Virus record (IMG/VR): IMGVR_UViG_3300005512_000281
Location: 1-26,722 of that record
DNA from: a virus
Lineage: Duplodnaviria > Caudoviricetes
Strand: one strand, 5' to 3'
DNA length: 26,722 nt
Shown here one piece after another: positions 17,053-25,181 of the stretch; the stretch's first letter is position 1, and each line of letters opens with the position of its first letter. Below the pieces are notes generated by a model, which saw only the letters and a program-made list of their open reading frames with translations, did no database searches and was not told where the DNA came from. A program made the translations under genes and the position numbers.

Positions 17053-17223
17053 TTAGATAGGATAGGTGTTTAATAGGAACTTAGCAACCTCATCAGGGAT
17101 ATCGTTAGATTTGATATCAATCTCCCCTTCCCCCCACAGAGGGTTTTTAGCAAGACGGGTCAGAGTAGAGTCTAACTCTGCTTCTGTGAGTGTTATCCGG
17201 GGAATCAGTAGGTTACGTTTCAT
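17053..17223 (-). CDS. 56-aa hypothetical protein (not in the ORF track)
   Basis: MKRNLLIPRITLTEAELDSTLTRLAKNPLWGEGEIDIKSNDIPDEVAKFLLNTYPI; AAGGA RBS, own promoter and terminator. Confidence 0.75.
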   Translation of the reverse strand: MKRNLLIPRITLTEAELDSTLTRLAKNPLWGEGEIDIKSNDIPDEVAKFLLNTYPI

Positions 17224-17241
17224 TAGAATCTGTCCTTGGTT

Positions 17242-17312
17242 TCTATACTGCTACTATAACTTTCATATAGCTAAAAATCTAAGGAGTGTGTGCCAATTTT
17301 TTAACTGTCACA
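17242..17312 (-). promoter_or_regulatory. Palindromic-operator promoter, copy 5
   Basis: Minus strand TGTGACAGT-N6-ATTGGCACA (17312-17289), 30 nt, TATAGT (17258-17253), N4-GTATAGA. Confidence 0.8.
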
Positions 17313-17400
17313 TTACATAGTATACTAGTAGTAATACTGCCCCGGAAGTTTCAGCAGGCTGTGGTAGATACAATAAGGTATAAAGGAGAGACTTACCAAT

Positions 17401-17700
17401 ATGGAGACTATGATAAAAATAAATGGCTCAAAATATGAAGTGCACCAAGATTATACAGGAAAATGGTACATATCCAGGGAAACACTAGCTAAAGTATTAG
17501 ACCTTGAGATAGGGTTTGAGTCTTTAGAACCTGATATAGTGAAACAGGGTGTCGAGTATTACCACCTTAGTACATTAGCCAGACTTATTACTGTGAAATC
17601 ACTGAGAGATTCAGAAGTGTTTAATCTTTCAAATGCCCTGATTCTAGAAAGCCTTACGATGAGATGTGAAAGGATGTCTCCTATACCTAGCATATTCTAG
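17401..17700 (+). CDS. Putative DNA-binding protein, distant paralog of 114-785
   Basis: AGGAG RBS, TACAAT -10; GKWYISRETLAKVL and ALILESLTMRCE align with GNCFITTGSIAKGL and ASAKENLLNRVE. Confidence 0.6.
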   Translation: METMIKINGSKYEVHQDYTGKWYISRETLAKVLDLEIGFESLEPDIVKQGVEYYHLSTLARLITVKSLRDSEVFNLSNALILESLTMRCERMSPIPSIF

Positions 17701-17702
17701 GG

Positions 17703-19193
17703 TCACCCTAGGTCAAACTGACGATTGAAATAGTCCCAAACTTCTTTCTGCATAGCCGGTGTCAGTGATTTTAAATCTGGGACTGGCTTACCTAGTCTAG
17801 CCCATGTCCATTGTGCCTTGGACAAGCGCTCTTTAGGCATTGTCTGAGTATTTTTTCTCTCATACAGGTAATAGCGGATTTTATCTGGCATAGTTTCGGG
17901 AGGTCTGGTAGCCTGCAGTCTGTCTACAATTCTATGCATTTCTGAATCAGTCATCTCATTAAAAGATTTGCGCTTTTTAAAGATAGACTTCATAGCTTTA
18001 TTAGTAGAGATTTTCTTCATCTGGGTTTGTGCTGCATCTACCCCGTACTTAGCTACAATAGCCAAATTCTCGACAGATGCCTTAGCCAAATCCAAGTTAT
18101 CGTTCATACTCTTAAGTACACCTTTAGCAATTTTATTTAAAGTCTCAGGCTTTAACTTCTCTAGTTTAGAAGTACTCTTAAGTGCCCCAATATCTCTAGC
18201 AGCTTTTAGAACGGCTAGACTTTGGTCTTTCTTAGTAAAAGTATCAACAATCTCTGGTTTAGGGATAGTAGGGGGTGGTGGTGGGTCTTGAAGACCAAAC
18301 CAGACCTTAAGGGATTCAGCAGTTTCATCTCTAAACTTAAGAAGTGGCCCTTTGTTATTAAGGTAATCATCCACCAGTTCATCTAGGGCGGCGTTGTAAC
18401 CATTTATACCCTCGGTCTCATGCTTAACAAGAGCCTTTACAGTATCATGGATGTCCCTGTCTTTCTTATAGTTTCTATTTACTTCAGGGGAAGTCCATAC
18501 CCAGTTCTCAGACCGATACTGACCATTTGCCTTTTGCCCTGCCTTAGCAACTCCGTGTCCCCCGCCTTTTGCTAAAGGGACAATATGGTCTAAATCCGCA
18601 GGCATTCTTAATTCCTTACCAGACCAAGGGTCTATAATAGTACCGTCATCTTGAGACTGTTCTAGTAAAGTTTTGAGCATTGAACGACGCATAGCATCAG
18701 TATCCTTATCCCACTCATCCTTGACTCTATCACCCTCACCTCTACCTGGTGCACCAGCACTTGCAGGTAAAAGCAAATCCTTTTGCTGGGTTGACAGAGC
18801 ATCATAAATAGAGTCTACCTCTTGGTCAGACACCTGTCTAAGCTTCATTCTATCTAGCTTATAGACCCCTTTAGAATCATCAGATAGTCCAAAGTCTTTA
18901 ATAGTCTTCCCAGGTTCAATCTCAGACTCTAAAATCTCCTTGATACGGTCAGGAGGTAGCCGTACGGACATAGCTGAAATAATTTTCCGGCGCTCATCAG
19001 CAGAGTTAGTAGATTCTAGGGCAGATATATATTTTCTTGTCTCATCATTTCTAACCTGATTCTGTTCCTTTAGACTAGCGCCTAGAGACAGAGTATTTAA
19101 CAGATTTGCAGCTACAGCAGATAACTGGCAATCATCATTCTTATCTATACAGGTATCTCCACACGGTTTACCTTTTGAGCAGTTCTTAGCCAT
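17703..19193 (-). CDS. HNH-domain protein with N-terminal Cys-rich motif
   Basis: NCSKGKPCGDTCIDKNDDC at the N-terminus; DPWSG..DLDHIVPLAKGG..NWVWTSPEVN HNH core. Confidence 0.75.
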   Translation of the reverse strand: MAKNCSKGKPCGDTCIDKNDDCQLSAVAANLLNTLSLGASLKEQNQVRNDETRKYISALESTNSADERRKIISAMSVRLPPDRIKEILESEIEPGKTIKDFGLSDDSKGVYKLDRMKLRQVSDQEVDSIYDALSTQQKDLLLPASAGAPGRGEGDRVKDEWDKDTDAMRRSMLKTLLEQSQDDGTIIDPWSGKELRMPADLDHIVPLAKGGGHGVAKAGQKANGQYRSENWVWTSPEVNRNYKKDRDIHDTVKALVKHETEGINGYNAALDELVDDYLNNKGPLLKFRDETAESLKVWFGLQDPPPPPTIPKPEIVDTFTKKDQSLAVLKAARDIGALKSTSKLEKLKPETLNKIAKGVLKSMNDNLDLAKASVENLAIVAKYGVDAAQTQMKKISTNKAMKSIFKKRKSFNEMTDSEMHRIVDRLQATRPPETMPDKIRYYLYERKNTQTMPKERLSKAQWTWARLGKPVPDLKSLTPAMQKEVWDYFNRQFDLG

Positions 19194-19248
19194 CTATAAA
19201 CAAAAAAAAAAGTGGTATGTCTAGATATACCCTACTAGAAGTAATTAT

Positions 19249-19905
19249 ATGGAGCTATCAGGAGTTAGACTTATTAAAACCAAAGTTGAGCCAGACCTAG
19301 GACTAGAAGTTGACATTATAGACTCAGCTACTAATGAAACAATAGGGGAGGTTCTAAATACCTACCTTATAGATGATTGGTTATATGCTGATATAAATGT
19401 TAACAAAACTGTGGACTTCTCAGAATGGAGAGTAGTCCAGGAAGATGGCTTTATATCCAGAGTTTTCACAGGCCCAAAACCGGTTGAACTAGCAGAAGAT
19501 GTCCTTTTTACCCAGTACACGCTAGACATAGGGGAAGTTGAATCGATAGCACTATATGCTTTGAGTGAGGTTTTACCAGGTGTAGCTAAAAAGGACTTTA
19601 AAGAGAAGCCTAAATTTGATTCTAATAGCCATATCAAAGGTCATGTACAGCTTGATGGGCAACAGTACTATTACGATATATTTAAGCACCCTACTAAGGG
19701 GTGGGTAGTTGATGCAGACTTGACTAATAAGCTAGTCGTAGAGCTTTCCGACCGGATAAAGAAGTTAGAAGCTAAAATGCTACTGCCGTTATATAATAAC
19801 AAGCTGATTAGTGATACCATGAGCCAAGAAGAATTTCTAGACCTGACGGAAAACCCGTCATTTGTAAAGCTATGTAAAAGATTATCAAAGGGTAAACCTA
19901 GGTAG
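19249..19905 (+). CDS. Degenerate paralog of the prohead protease/scaffold
   Basis: Aligns with 25521-26450 (LYAD.., ALY.LSE.LPG, V.LS.R...LE) but lacks GHP and RSVSF. Confidence 0.75.
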   Translation: MELSGVRLIKTKVEPDLGLEVDIIDSATNETIGEVLNTYLIDDWLYADINVNKTVDFSEWRVVQEDGFISRVFTGPKPVELAEDVLFTQYTLDIGEVESIALYALSEVLPGVAKKDFKEKPKFDSNSHIKGHVQLDGQQYYYDIFKHPTKGWVVDADLTNKLVVELSDRIKKLEAKMLLPLYNNKLISDTMSQEEFLDLTENPSFVKLCKRLSKGKPR

Positions 19906-19932
19906 GATATTGTAATACATTTAAATACAACT

Positions 19933-20649
19933 ATGGATACCCTAGCGTTAAGAAGACAGAATGAGGCTTATTTTGGGAATACTGATATTGCCATCTATCT
20001 CCCCGAGACTGAGGAAAGCCTATTAGCCACCTATCAGATAGATGATACAACAGAAGGTGTCCTAGTCACCATAAGTGCAGCCTATCAGCCCAGTACTAGT
20101 CAGTTAATTAGGGAAATCCAAGTTTTAGAAAAAGCTTACGATATCCCCACGGTTTATAACGTAGTGTGGCAAGGTCTAGATACCTGCACCCTAACCCCTA
20201 GTCCTGTAGGTATAGTAAACCCTGGGGATATCTTTAGTATTGATGGTAGTAATTATGAGGTTTCTAGTATTAACGGTAGTGACGTAACTTTTACTACACC
20301 AGTTAGTGAATTAAATGTATTCTATGCCTCTGTAGCCGTACCTAATGTAGCCTATCAATGGGAACTATCGGAAGATGGTGGTTCTACATGGTCTGTCATC
20401 CCCGGTGCTACTGATAGAAGTTACGCCCCTGTAGTAGATGATGTAGGTGATAAAATTCGTGTTATAATAACGTATGAGGATGGACAGGGAACTGTAGAGA
20501 GTCCGGCTTTAGCACCCCCAGAAAGTCAACCGCTTGTCATTTATCCTGTATTCCCGGTTATAGCTAATATAGCTTTAGATTTAAACCGGACTTATCAGGC
20601 TAATGTGCTAGCCACTTTATCAGTTGTACTGGAGTTTTCAGAGTCATAA
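19933..20649 (+). CDS. Putative virion protein with an Ig-like domain
   Basis: YQWELSEDGGSTWSVIPGATDRSYAPVVDDVGDKIRVIITYEDGQGTVES, a repeat type typical of surface proteins. Confidence 0.65.
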   Translation: MDTLALRRQNEAYFGNTDIAIYLPETEESLLATYQIDDTTEGVLVTISAAYQPSTSQLIREIQVLEKAYDIPTVYNVVWQGLDTCTLTPSPVGIVNPGDIFSIDGSNYEVSSINGSDVTFTTPVSELNVFYASVAVPNVAYQWELSEDGGSTWSVIPGATDRSYAPVVDDVGDKIRVIITYEDGQGTVESPALAPPESQPLVIYPVFPVIANIALDLNRTYQANVLATLSVVLEFSES

Positions 20650-20669
20650 TAGCATAGGACTAGGTTCAC

Positions 20670-21068
20670 ATGGATGAATTCACCTTTAAACGGGAATTTG
20701 AAGATATTGCCTCTAGACGGAGAAATGCTAAACTTCAAAAAGCCAGAATAGGACTAGAACGGGACGAACTAGCCGTTAAAGCCGAAAATCTAAATTTAAC
20801 TAATGATACCCTAAAGCTCGAAGGTTTAGATTTTGCTATACAACAAACTAGATTTACCAATGATGTAGCGAGAGAAAGGGTTAATCAGACTGAGGATTTG
20901 CTACAGTTTGAACAGGGGATGACCTCTCTGAAACAACAAGAGTACATGACTCAAGCTAAGCAAATCATGCTGAAAATAGAGTCATCTAATGCGGAGTTAA
21001 CCGAACAAACCCAGCTAATAGCGGGTAAATACGGAATCACACCGCAGTTAAGGGGGTATGATGCTTAA
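20670..21068 (+). CDS. Coiled-coil protein coupled to the ATPase gene
   Basis: 132 aa, helical and E/Q/K-rich; overlaps the next gene. Confidence 0.7.
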   Translation: MDEFTFKREFEDIASRRRNAKLQKARIGLERDELAVKAENLNLTNDTLKLEGLDFAIQQTRFTNDVARERVNQTEDLLQFEQGMTSLKQQEYMTQAKQIMLKIESSNAELTEQTQLIAGKYGITPQLRGYDA

Positions 21069-23112
21069 ACTATTCTCCCATGTTGGCTCAGAACAAACTT
21101 GGCTTCACAATATTGAAGGTGATGTTGTCAACACATCTATGGAGCACTACCTAGACCAGCGTTCTAGGAGAGACATAGTTGATGAGTTATCACGGTATGA
21201 TAATACAATATGGATACCGCGTAATGGCTATTTTGATAAAGTTCAACCAAATCACGGCTATGAATGGTTTAAAGGTGTTGACTTGGAAGTTATTATCATA
21301 AATTTAGCTTTGTGGTATGACTACATCTCTAAGGATGTCCCTGAGCTATTCCAGCAAGCAAGTCGTACTACAGAGTTATATAAGGAAGTAGCCGAATACA
21401 AAACCAAGTTACTAAACACAAACCAGTATTATAGTAAGTGGCTAGGCTCTGAGAAACGAATTGAACTACTGACCCGAGGTATCAATGCCAAAGAGCTTGA
21501 AATCACTGATTTAAAATCAGAACATAAGCGCCAGTTAGATGCTAAGGATGAAGAAATAGCAGAGCTAGAGAAAAAATTGGTTGATGCCCGCAGGGATACC
21601 AAAAGCTATGAGCTGCAAGTTAGTGAGCTTATGAGACTTAGAGACCAAATCTCTAGAGAAAAACTAGAGTTAGCACATCAGAGAGCTGAAATGGCCACTC
21701 TAAACCCTGAACAGATGCGACGGGACATAGAGACTCTAACCATGGCGAATACTCAGCTAAAGGCTAATCAAGATGCCCTAATTAAGGAATTAGCCGAAGT
21801 AGATAAAAAACATCAAGAGGTATCAGAACTACTAGGGGACTCCCAAGCCGATATCAAAAAAGTAATTCTAGTTTACCAAAATGAGGGGGTACATCTCAGG
21901 TTTATTAAGGAAACGGAACTGGAAGGGGTTACTACCTGGGTATTTAGGAATCTAGGGTTAGGGATATCACCCCAAAGGGTGGAATCAGTAGCAGCTCAAT
22001 TGCCATCTGTAATTACCTGGCTAGAGGATGTACCTAAGACCAGGGTTAGTAAGGGGTGTGTGGAAATTGTTGTGGACGGTAGACTAATTGAAGAAAAACT
22101 AGATTACCAGCAAAAGGAATGGTTGGTGGAACTGGCAAAATCTGAAGAGAATTTAGCCATATTTGCTCCCAAAGGTTCTGGTAAAACTGAGCTTGCTATT
22201 AACTATCTAGGTTTAGTAGCTAGCCAGGTTCCTAACTGCATAATTGAGTTTTTACAACCAAAGCCAGATGAGGTGTCCTATATTGACCTAGGTGGCTATA
22301 TATTTCAGCCTACCTATATAGGGTTTGATGATTGTTATGCTGGGCTTAATAGGTTAGTTGAAGTTTATACCCAGAGAAACCAAGAAAAGGAACAAGCTAT
22401 GAAATCCGGGGTGAAAATACCTAAACACCCTCCGATGTTTTGGATTATAGATGAATTCCAAGCCCTTGTAATGCATCTTGAGCAAAAAGAGGCTAAGGCA
22501 TTGTGTAAAGATGTTATGAATGCAGTATCATTAGGCAGAAGTCTAGGTATTAATATCCTAATTATTGGGCAATTAGCAAACGTTACTACCTACCCAGGAT
22601 GGACTAAAGCAGGCTTAAGTCAGTTTAACTGCGTCTATCTACAAGATGCTATACAGGTTGGTATAGATTATTCTAGGACATCTGGTGAGAAAAGTGCACT
22701 TGAGAAACAGTGGAATGAATACCTGAACTCAAACAGAAAATACTATGCCCTAGTTAGAAGTGCTGCTAGAAATGGTGTAATTTACGACTTGCCTAAACCT
22801 AGACAATACACTAACGCCCTAGAGGTTCCTCAACTCCCCCAACCTATAGAGGTAAGACTTGATAAATTTATTAGTTTAGACATGCCCAGAGGAACAGCTA
22901 AACTAAGACAGTCTGAAAACTCAAGCCTAGATACTAACGAAGACGGATTGGCAAAATGTAAAAAATGTGGTTCAACTAACTTTAAGGCTAAAAATGGGTA
23001 CAGATTAAATCGCCACAACCAAATTAAGGTTGCTTGCCGTAATTGCAGTGCTGAGCCTATACTAGTAACAATAGACCCTACCTTAGATACTAACGGGGAA
23101 TTGCTCGATTAG
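21058..23112 (+). CDS. FtsK/HerA-family ATPase with N-terminal coiled coil and C-terminal zinc ribbon
   Basis: Walker A APKGSGKT, Walker B WIIDEFQ, GRSLGINILIIGQ; CKKC...CRNC. Confidence 0.75.
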   Translation: MMLKLFSHVGSEQTWLHNIEGDVVNTSMEHYLDQRSRRDIVDELSRYDNTIWIPRNGYFDKVQPNHGYEWFKGVDLEVIIINLALWYDYISKDVPELFQQASRTTELYKEVAEYKTKLLNTNQYYSKWLGSEKRIELLTRGINAKELEITDLKSEHKRQLDAKDEEIAELEKKLVDARRDTKSYELQVSELMRLRDQISREKLELAHQRAEMATLNPEQMRRDIETLTMANTQLKANQDALIKELAEVDKKHQEVSELLGDSQADIKKVILVYQNEGVHLRFIKETELEGVTTWVFRNLGLGISPQRVESVAAQLPSVITWLEDVPKTRVSKGCVEIVVDGRLIEEKLDYQQKEWLVELAKSEENLAIFAPKGSGKTELAINYLGLVASQVPNCIIEFLQPKPDEVSYIDLGGYIFQPTYIGFDDCYAGLNRLVEVYTQRNQEKEQAMKSGVKIPKHPPMFWIIDEFQALVMHLEQKEAKALCKDVMNAVSLGRSLGINILIIGQLANVTTYPGWTKAGLSQFNCVYLQDAIQVGIDYSRTSGEKSALEKQWNEYLNSNRKYYALVRSAARNGVIYDLPKPRQYTNALEVPQLPQPIEVRLDKFISLDMPRGTAKLRQSENSSLDTNEDGLAKCKKCGSTNFKAKNGYRLNRHNQIKVACRNCSAEPILVTIDPTLDTNGELLD

Positions 23113-23403
23113 AAATTTCTTATTTCTATCCTCAATTAGCTTAAGACTATCCAGATAACCTGTTTTTACTTTCTCACGGCTAGTGTGAGGGTCTAATAGG
23201 TATCTGGTTATTCTTTTATGGCAGAGATTATACAGGGGCCAGTCCGGAGCTACTCTTAAGTCTAAAATGCTAGCCGCATCGTCTAGAACAGATTGAAGCA
23301 TAGCAGTATCTACCGTGTCTACATCAGGGTCGTCTATACGGGTTAACTCAATAGCCTCCCTACGTCCAACAAAGGAAATAAATTGCTCTACTGTTATAGC
23401 CAT
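23083..23403 (-). CDS. Head-tail adaptor, DUF1320/Mu gp36-like
   Basis: T.EQF...G..E..ELT..VD..L..LDDAASILD..C..ITRY.L pattern. Confidence 0.75.
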   Translation of the reverse strand: MAITVEQFISFVGRREAIELTRIDDPDVDTVDTAMLQSVLDDAASILDLRVAPDWPLYNLCHKRITRYLLDPHTSREKVKTGYLDSLKLIEDRNKKFLIEQFPVSI

Positions 23404-23465
23404 TTCTGTGATAATAATATTATTATATGGGTATACCCAGTTAAGGTCAATTTTTTTAGTTAACT

Positions 23466-23627
23466 ATGATTATAGAACTGGCTCTAACTTTGATGTTAAA
23501 TTCTGAACCAATTCCTAACCCTGAGCCAGATGAGCGAGGTTCAGGTCGTATATATATGAGAGGCTCTGGTGGAACCGGGGAAGGTATCGCAGATGGGACA
23601 GGACAGCCCAGTGGTAGGGGCAGGTAA
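23466..23627 (+). CDS. PatS/PatX-like RGSGR peptide precursor (53 aa, not in the ORF track)
   Basis: MIIELALTLMLNSEPIPNPEPDERGSGRIYMRGSGGTGEGIADGTGQPSGRGR; fills the intergenic gap; ACTATG start context as at 1880, 19933 and 26450. Confidence 0.75.
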   Translation: MIIELALTLMLNSEPIPNPEPDERGSGRIYMRGSGGTGEGIADGTGQPSGRGR

Positions 23628-23697
23628 TGTGCCAATTTATAAACTGTCACAGTCTGGAGTAAAATCTAGACTGTGTTTTCTATAATAGGGGTATAGA
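23628..23697 (+). promoter_or_regulatory. Palindromic-operator promoter, copy 6
   Basis: TGTGCCAAT-N6-ACTGTCACA (23628-23651), 29 nt, TATAAT (23681-23686), N4-GTATAGA; overlapping 11-bp inverted repeat 23648-23675. Confidence 0.85.
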
Positions 23698-23718
23698 CAG
23701 AAAACAGAGGATAGTGCC

Positions 23719-24111
23719 ATGAACCAACTACCTAAGAAAGACGTATCACAAATTTTGCTCGATGGGTTTTTTAATTACCCTGATAAAGTTTTCTTACCTG
23801 CTACTGTGGGAATAGATAGCATCCTAATAGGCTCATCTGGGAAGTACAAAGTTAGCCATATAGTACAGGATAACGATAAATATATGGTTGTGGCTAATAA
23901 ATTTATAGAACAGCCAATGTGGTACCATGTGGATAATCTACTACTAGACGGCTATGAAATAGATTTAAACTATGTTGACATAAATGATACAGACTATGTC
24001 ATACTAGGGAGTATGGTTCCGGGTTTTAAGGGTTTCCAAATCTACCGTATAGCAAAACACAGTCCAGATAAGGGGTTGACAGTATATGCGACATCTCAAT
24101 ACAAAAAATGA
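23719..24111 (+). CDS. Hypothetical protein
   Basis: 130 aa, GAGGA RBS, own promoter and terminator. Confidence 0.75.
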   Translation: MNQLPKKDVSQILLDGFFNYPDKVFLPATVGIDSILIGSSGKYKVSHIVQDNDKYMVVANKFIEQPMWYHVDNLLLDGYEIDLNYVDINDTDYVILGSMVPGFKGFQIYRIAKHSPDKGLTVYATSQYKK

Positions 24112-24155
24112 TAGACTCCCACTAATGTAAGAGCCTACCAATAGAATCGAACTCT

Positions 24156-24190
24156 ACTAAGCTTAGTACTACACTAGGCTTAGTTTTATT
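24156..24190 (+). terminator. Terminator between convergent genes
   Basis: ACUAAGCUUAGU-ACUAC-ACUAGGCUUAGU (12 bp, one G-U), then UUUAUU. Confidence 0.6.
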
Positions 24191-25172
24191 ATGTAAGTAA
24201 GTCAGTAAACAGGAAACCACCACCTACTTTACCAGTAGCCCCTAACCCTGTCAAAACTGGGCTTTGTTCAATGATAACTGGTGCAGTATACGTCTGGTTA
24301 TCCTCATTAAACATAAATTTCTTAACTTTAGGATACCCCTCTAAGACATACTGATAGGCAAAGGACATATCAAAACGAGAGAAAGGATTACCTGAACCCG
24401 ACATAGAACCTAAGCTTTGGGCAGAAGGTGCATAGAATAACAGTGCCTCTTCATCCATTAAATCAGCCAGCAAACCTGTGGTTTCATCTAGATAAACACG
24501 CTCAGCAACTCGAATACCTCTAGATAGTCGGAAATACCGGGCTAACATGGTGTCGTCTAGCATTTCATTGGTAGTAGGGTTATAATGGGATTTTATCTCA
24601 TCATTATTAACCAATGCATTATAAACTTTTGGACTAACTACCATACTATTCGGCATTGCCCCAATCTGAGCACGAACAGCCTCCTTAGCTGCTAGAACAT
24701 CTGCTAAAGGAGTACTATTAGCAGCATTCCATTTAGTGCTAACTGTACCTGTACAAGATGTCTCATAAAGGCTTGAGTCAGAGATTAAATCAATAACTGC
24801 TTTTTCACGTCCTAAAGCTAGCTTATCTAGAACTACACGAATAGCGCTCAATTGTAAGCCATTTAGTCCTACAGCTTCACTCTCCTCAACATGTTCAATG
24901 GGAATTGACGCTGCTAAAGCATCTTGGGTTAAAGAGTAGCCTGTGAAATCATACTGGGGAGTATAGGATAAAATGTTTGAGCCAGGAGTACGCTTAGTTT
25001 CTTCAATAGCAAAACTATCTTTACCAAACGTTACAACTTGACCTGCTCTGACAGGGGTTGGTACTGTAGGGGCAATAAACTCAGCTACCATAGCACCTTG
25101 CGGGATATACCCTTGTGCGAATTTGGTAAAAATCGGGTCTATACCCCGGACTTGTTTTAAATTAAGTGACAT
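24189..25172 (-). CDS. Major capsid protein (HK97 fold, capsid E-like)
   Basis: IDPIFTKFAQGY..IAPTVP..FGKDSF, KW..ANSTPLADV..IGAMPNSMV; gene order protease-cement-capsid. Confidence 0.85.
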   Translation of the reverse strand: MSLNLKQVRGIDPIFTKFAQGYIPQGAMVAEFIAPTVPTPVRAGQVVTFGKDSFAIEETKRTPGSNILSYTPQYDFTGYSLTQDALAASIPIEHVEESEAVGLNGLQLSAIRVVLDKLALGREKAVIDLISDSSLYETSCTGTVSTKWNAANSTPLADVLAAKEAVRAQIGAMPNSMVVSPKVYNALVNNDEIKSHYNPTTNEMLDDTMLARYFRLSRGIRVAERVYLDETTGLLADLMDEEALLFYAPSAQSLGSMSGSGNPFSRFDMSFAYQYVLEGYPKVKKFMFNEDNQTYTAPVIIEQSPVLTGLGATGKVGGGFLFTDLLT

Positions 25173-25181
25173 AGATTTAAA

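Noticed and set aside
17066-17320. Track ORF of 84 aa (+)
   Set aside because: Antisense to the 56-aa gene that has a promoter, RBS and terminator.
17341-17368. DIF1 (TCCGGA)-type heterocyst promoters, e.g. CCCGGA-N17-GTAGA here and TCCGGA at 23243
   Set aside because: This one is imperfect; the exact TCCGGA hits I noticed are inside coding regions at chance frequency.
22957-23050. IS1 InsA-like zinc ribbon as an insertion sequence
   Set aside because: In frame with the ATPase; no transposase or terminal repeats.
23428-23439. TGGGTATACCCA palindrome upstream of the RGSGR ORF as a HetR box
   Set aside because: Spacing is GGG-N4-CCC, not N5; it may bind something else, but I have no support for that.
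23315-23650. Track ORFs 23315-23506 (+) and 23456-23650 (-)
   Set aside because: The first is mostly antisense to the adaptor gene. The second starts inside the palindromic operator and is the shadow of the RGSGR ORF.
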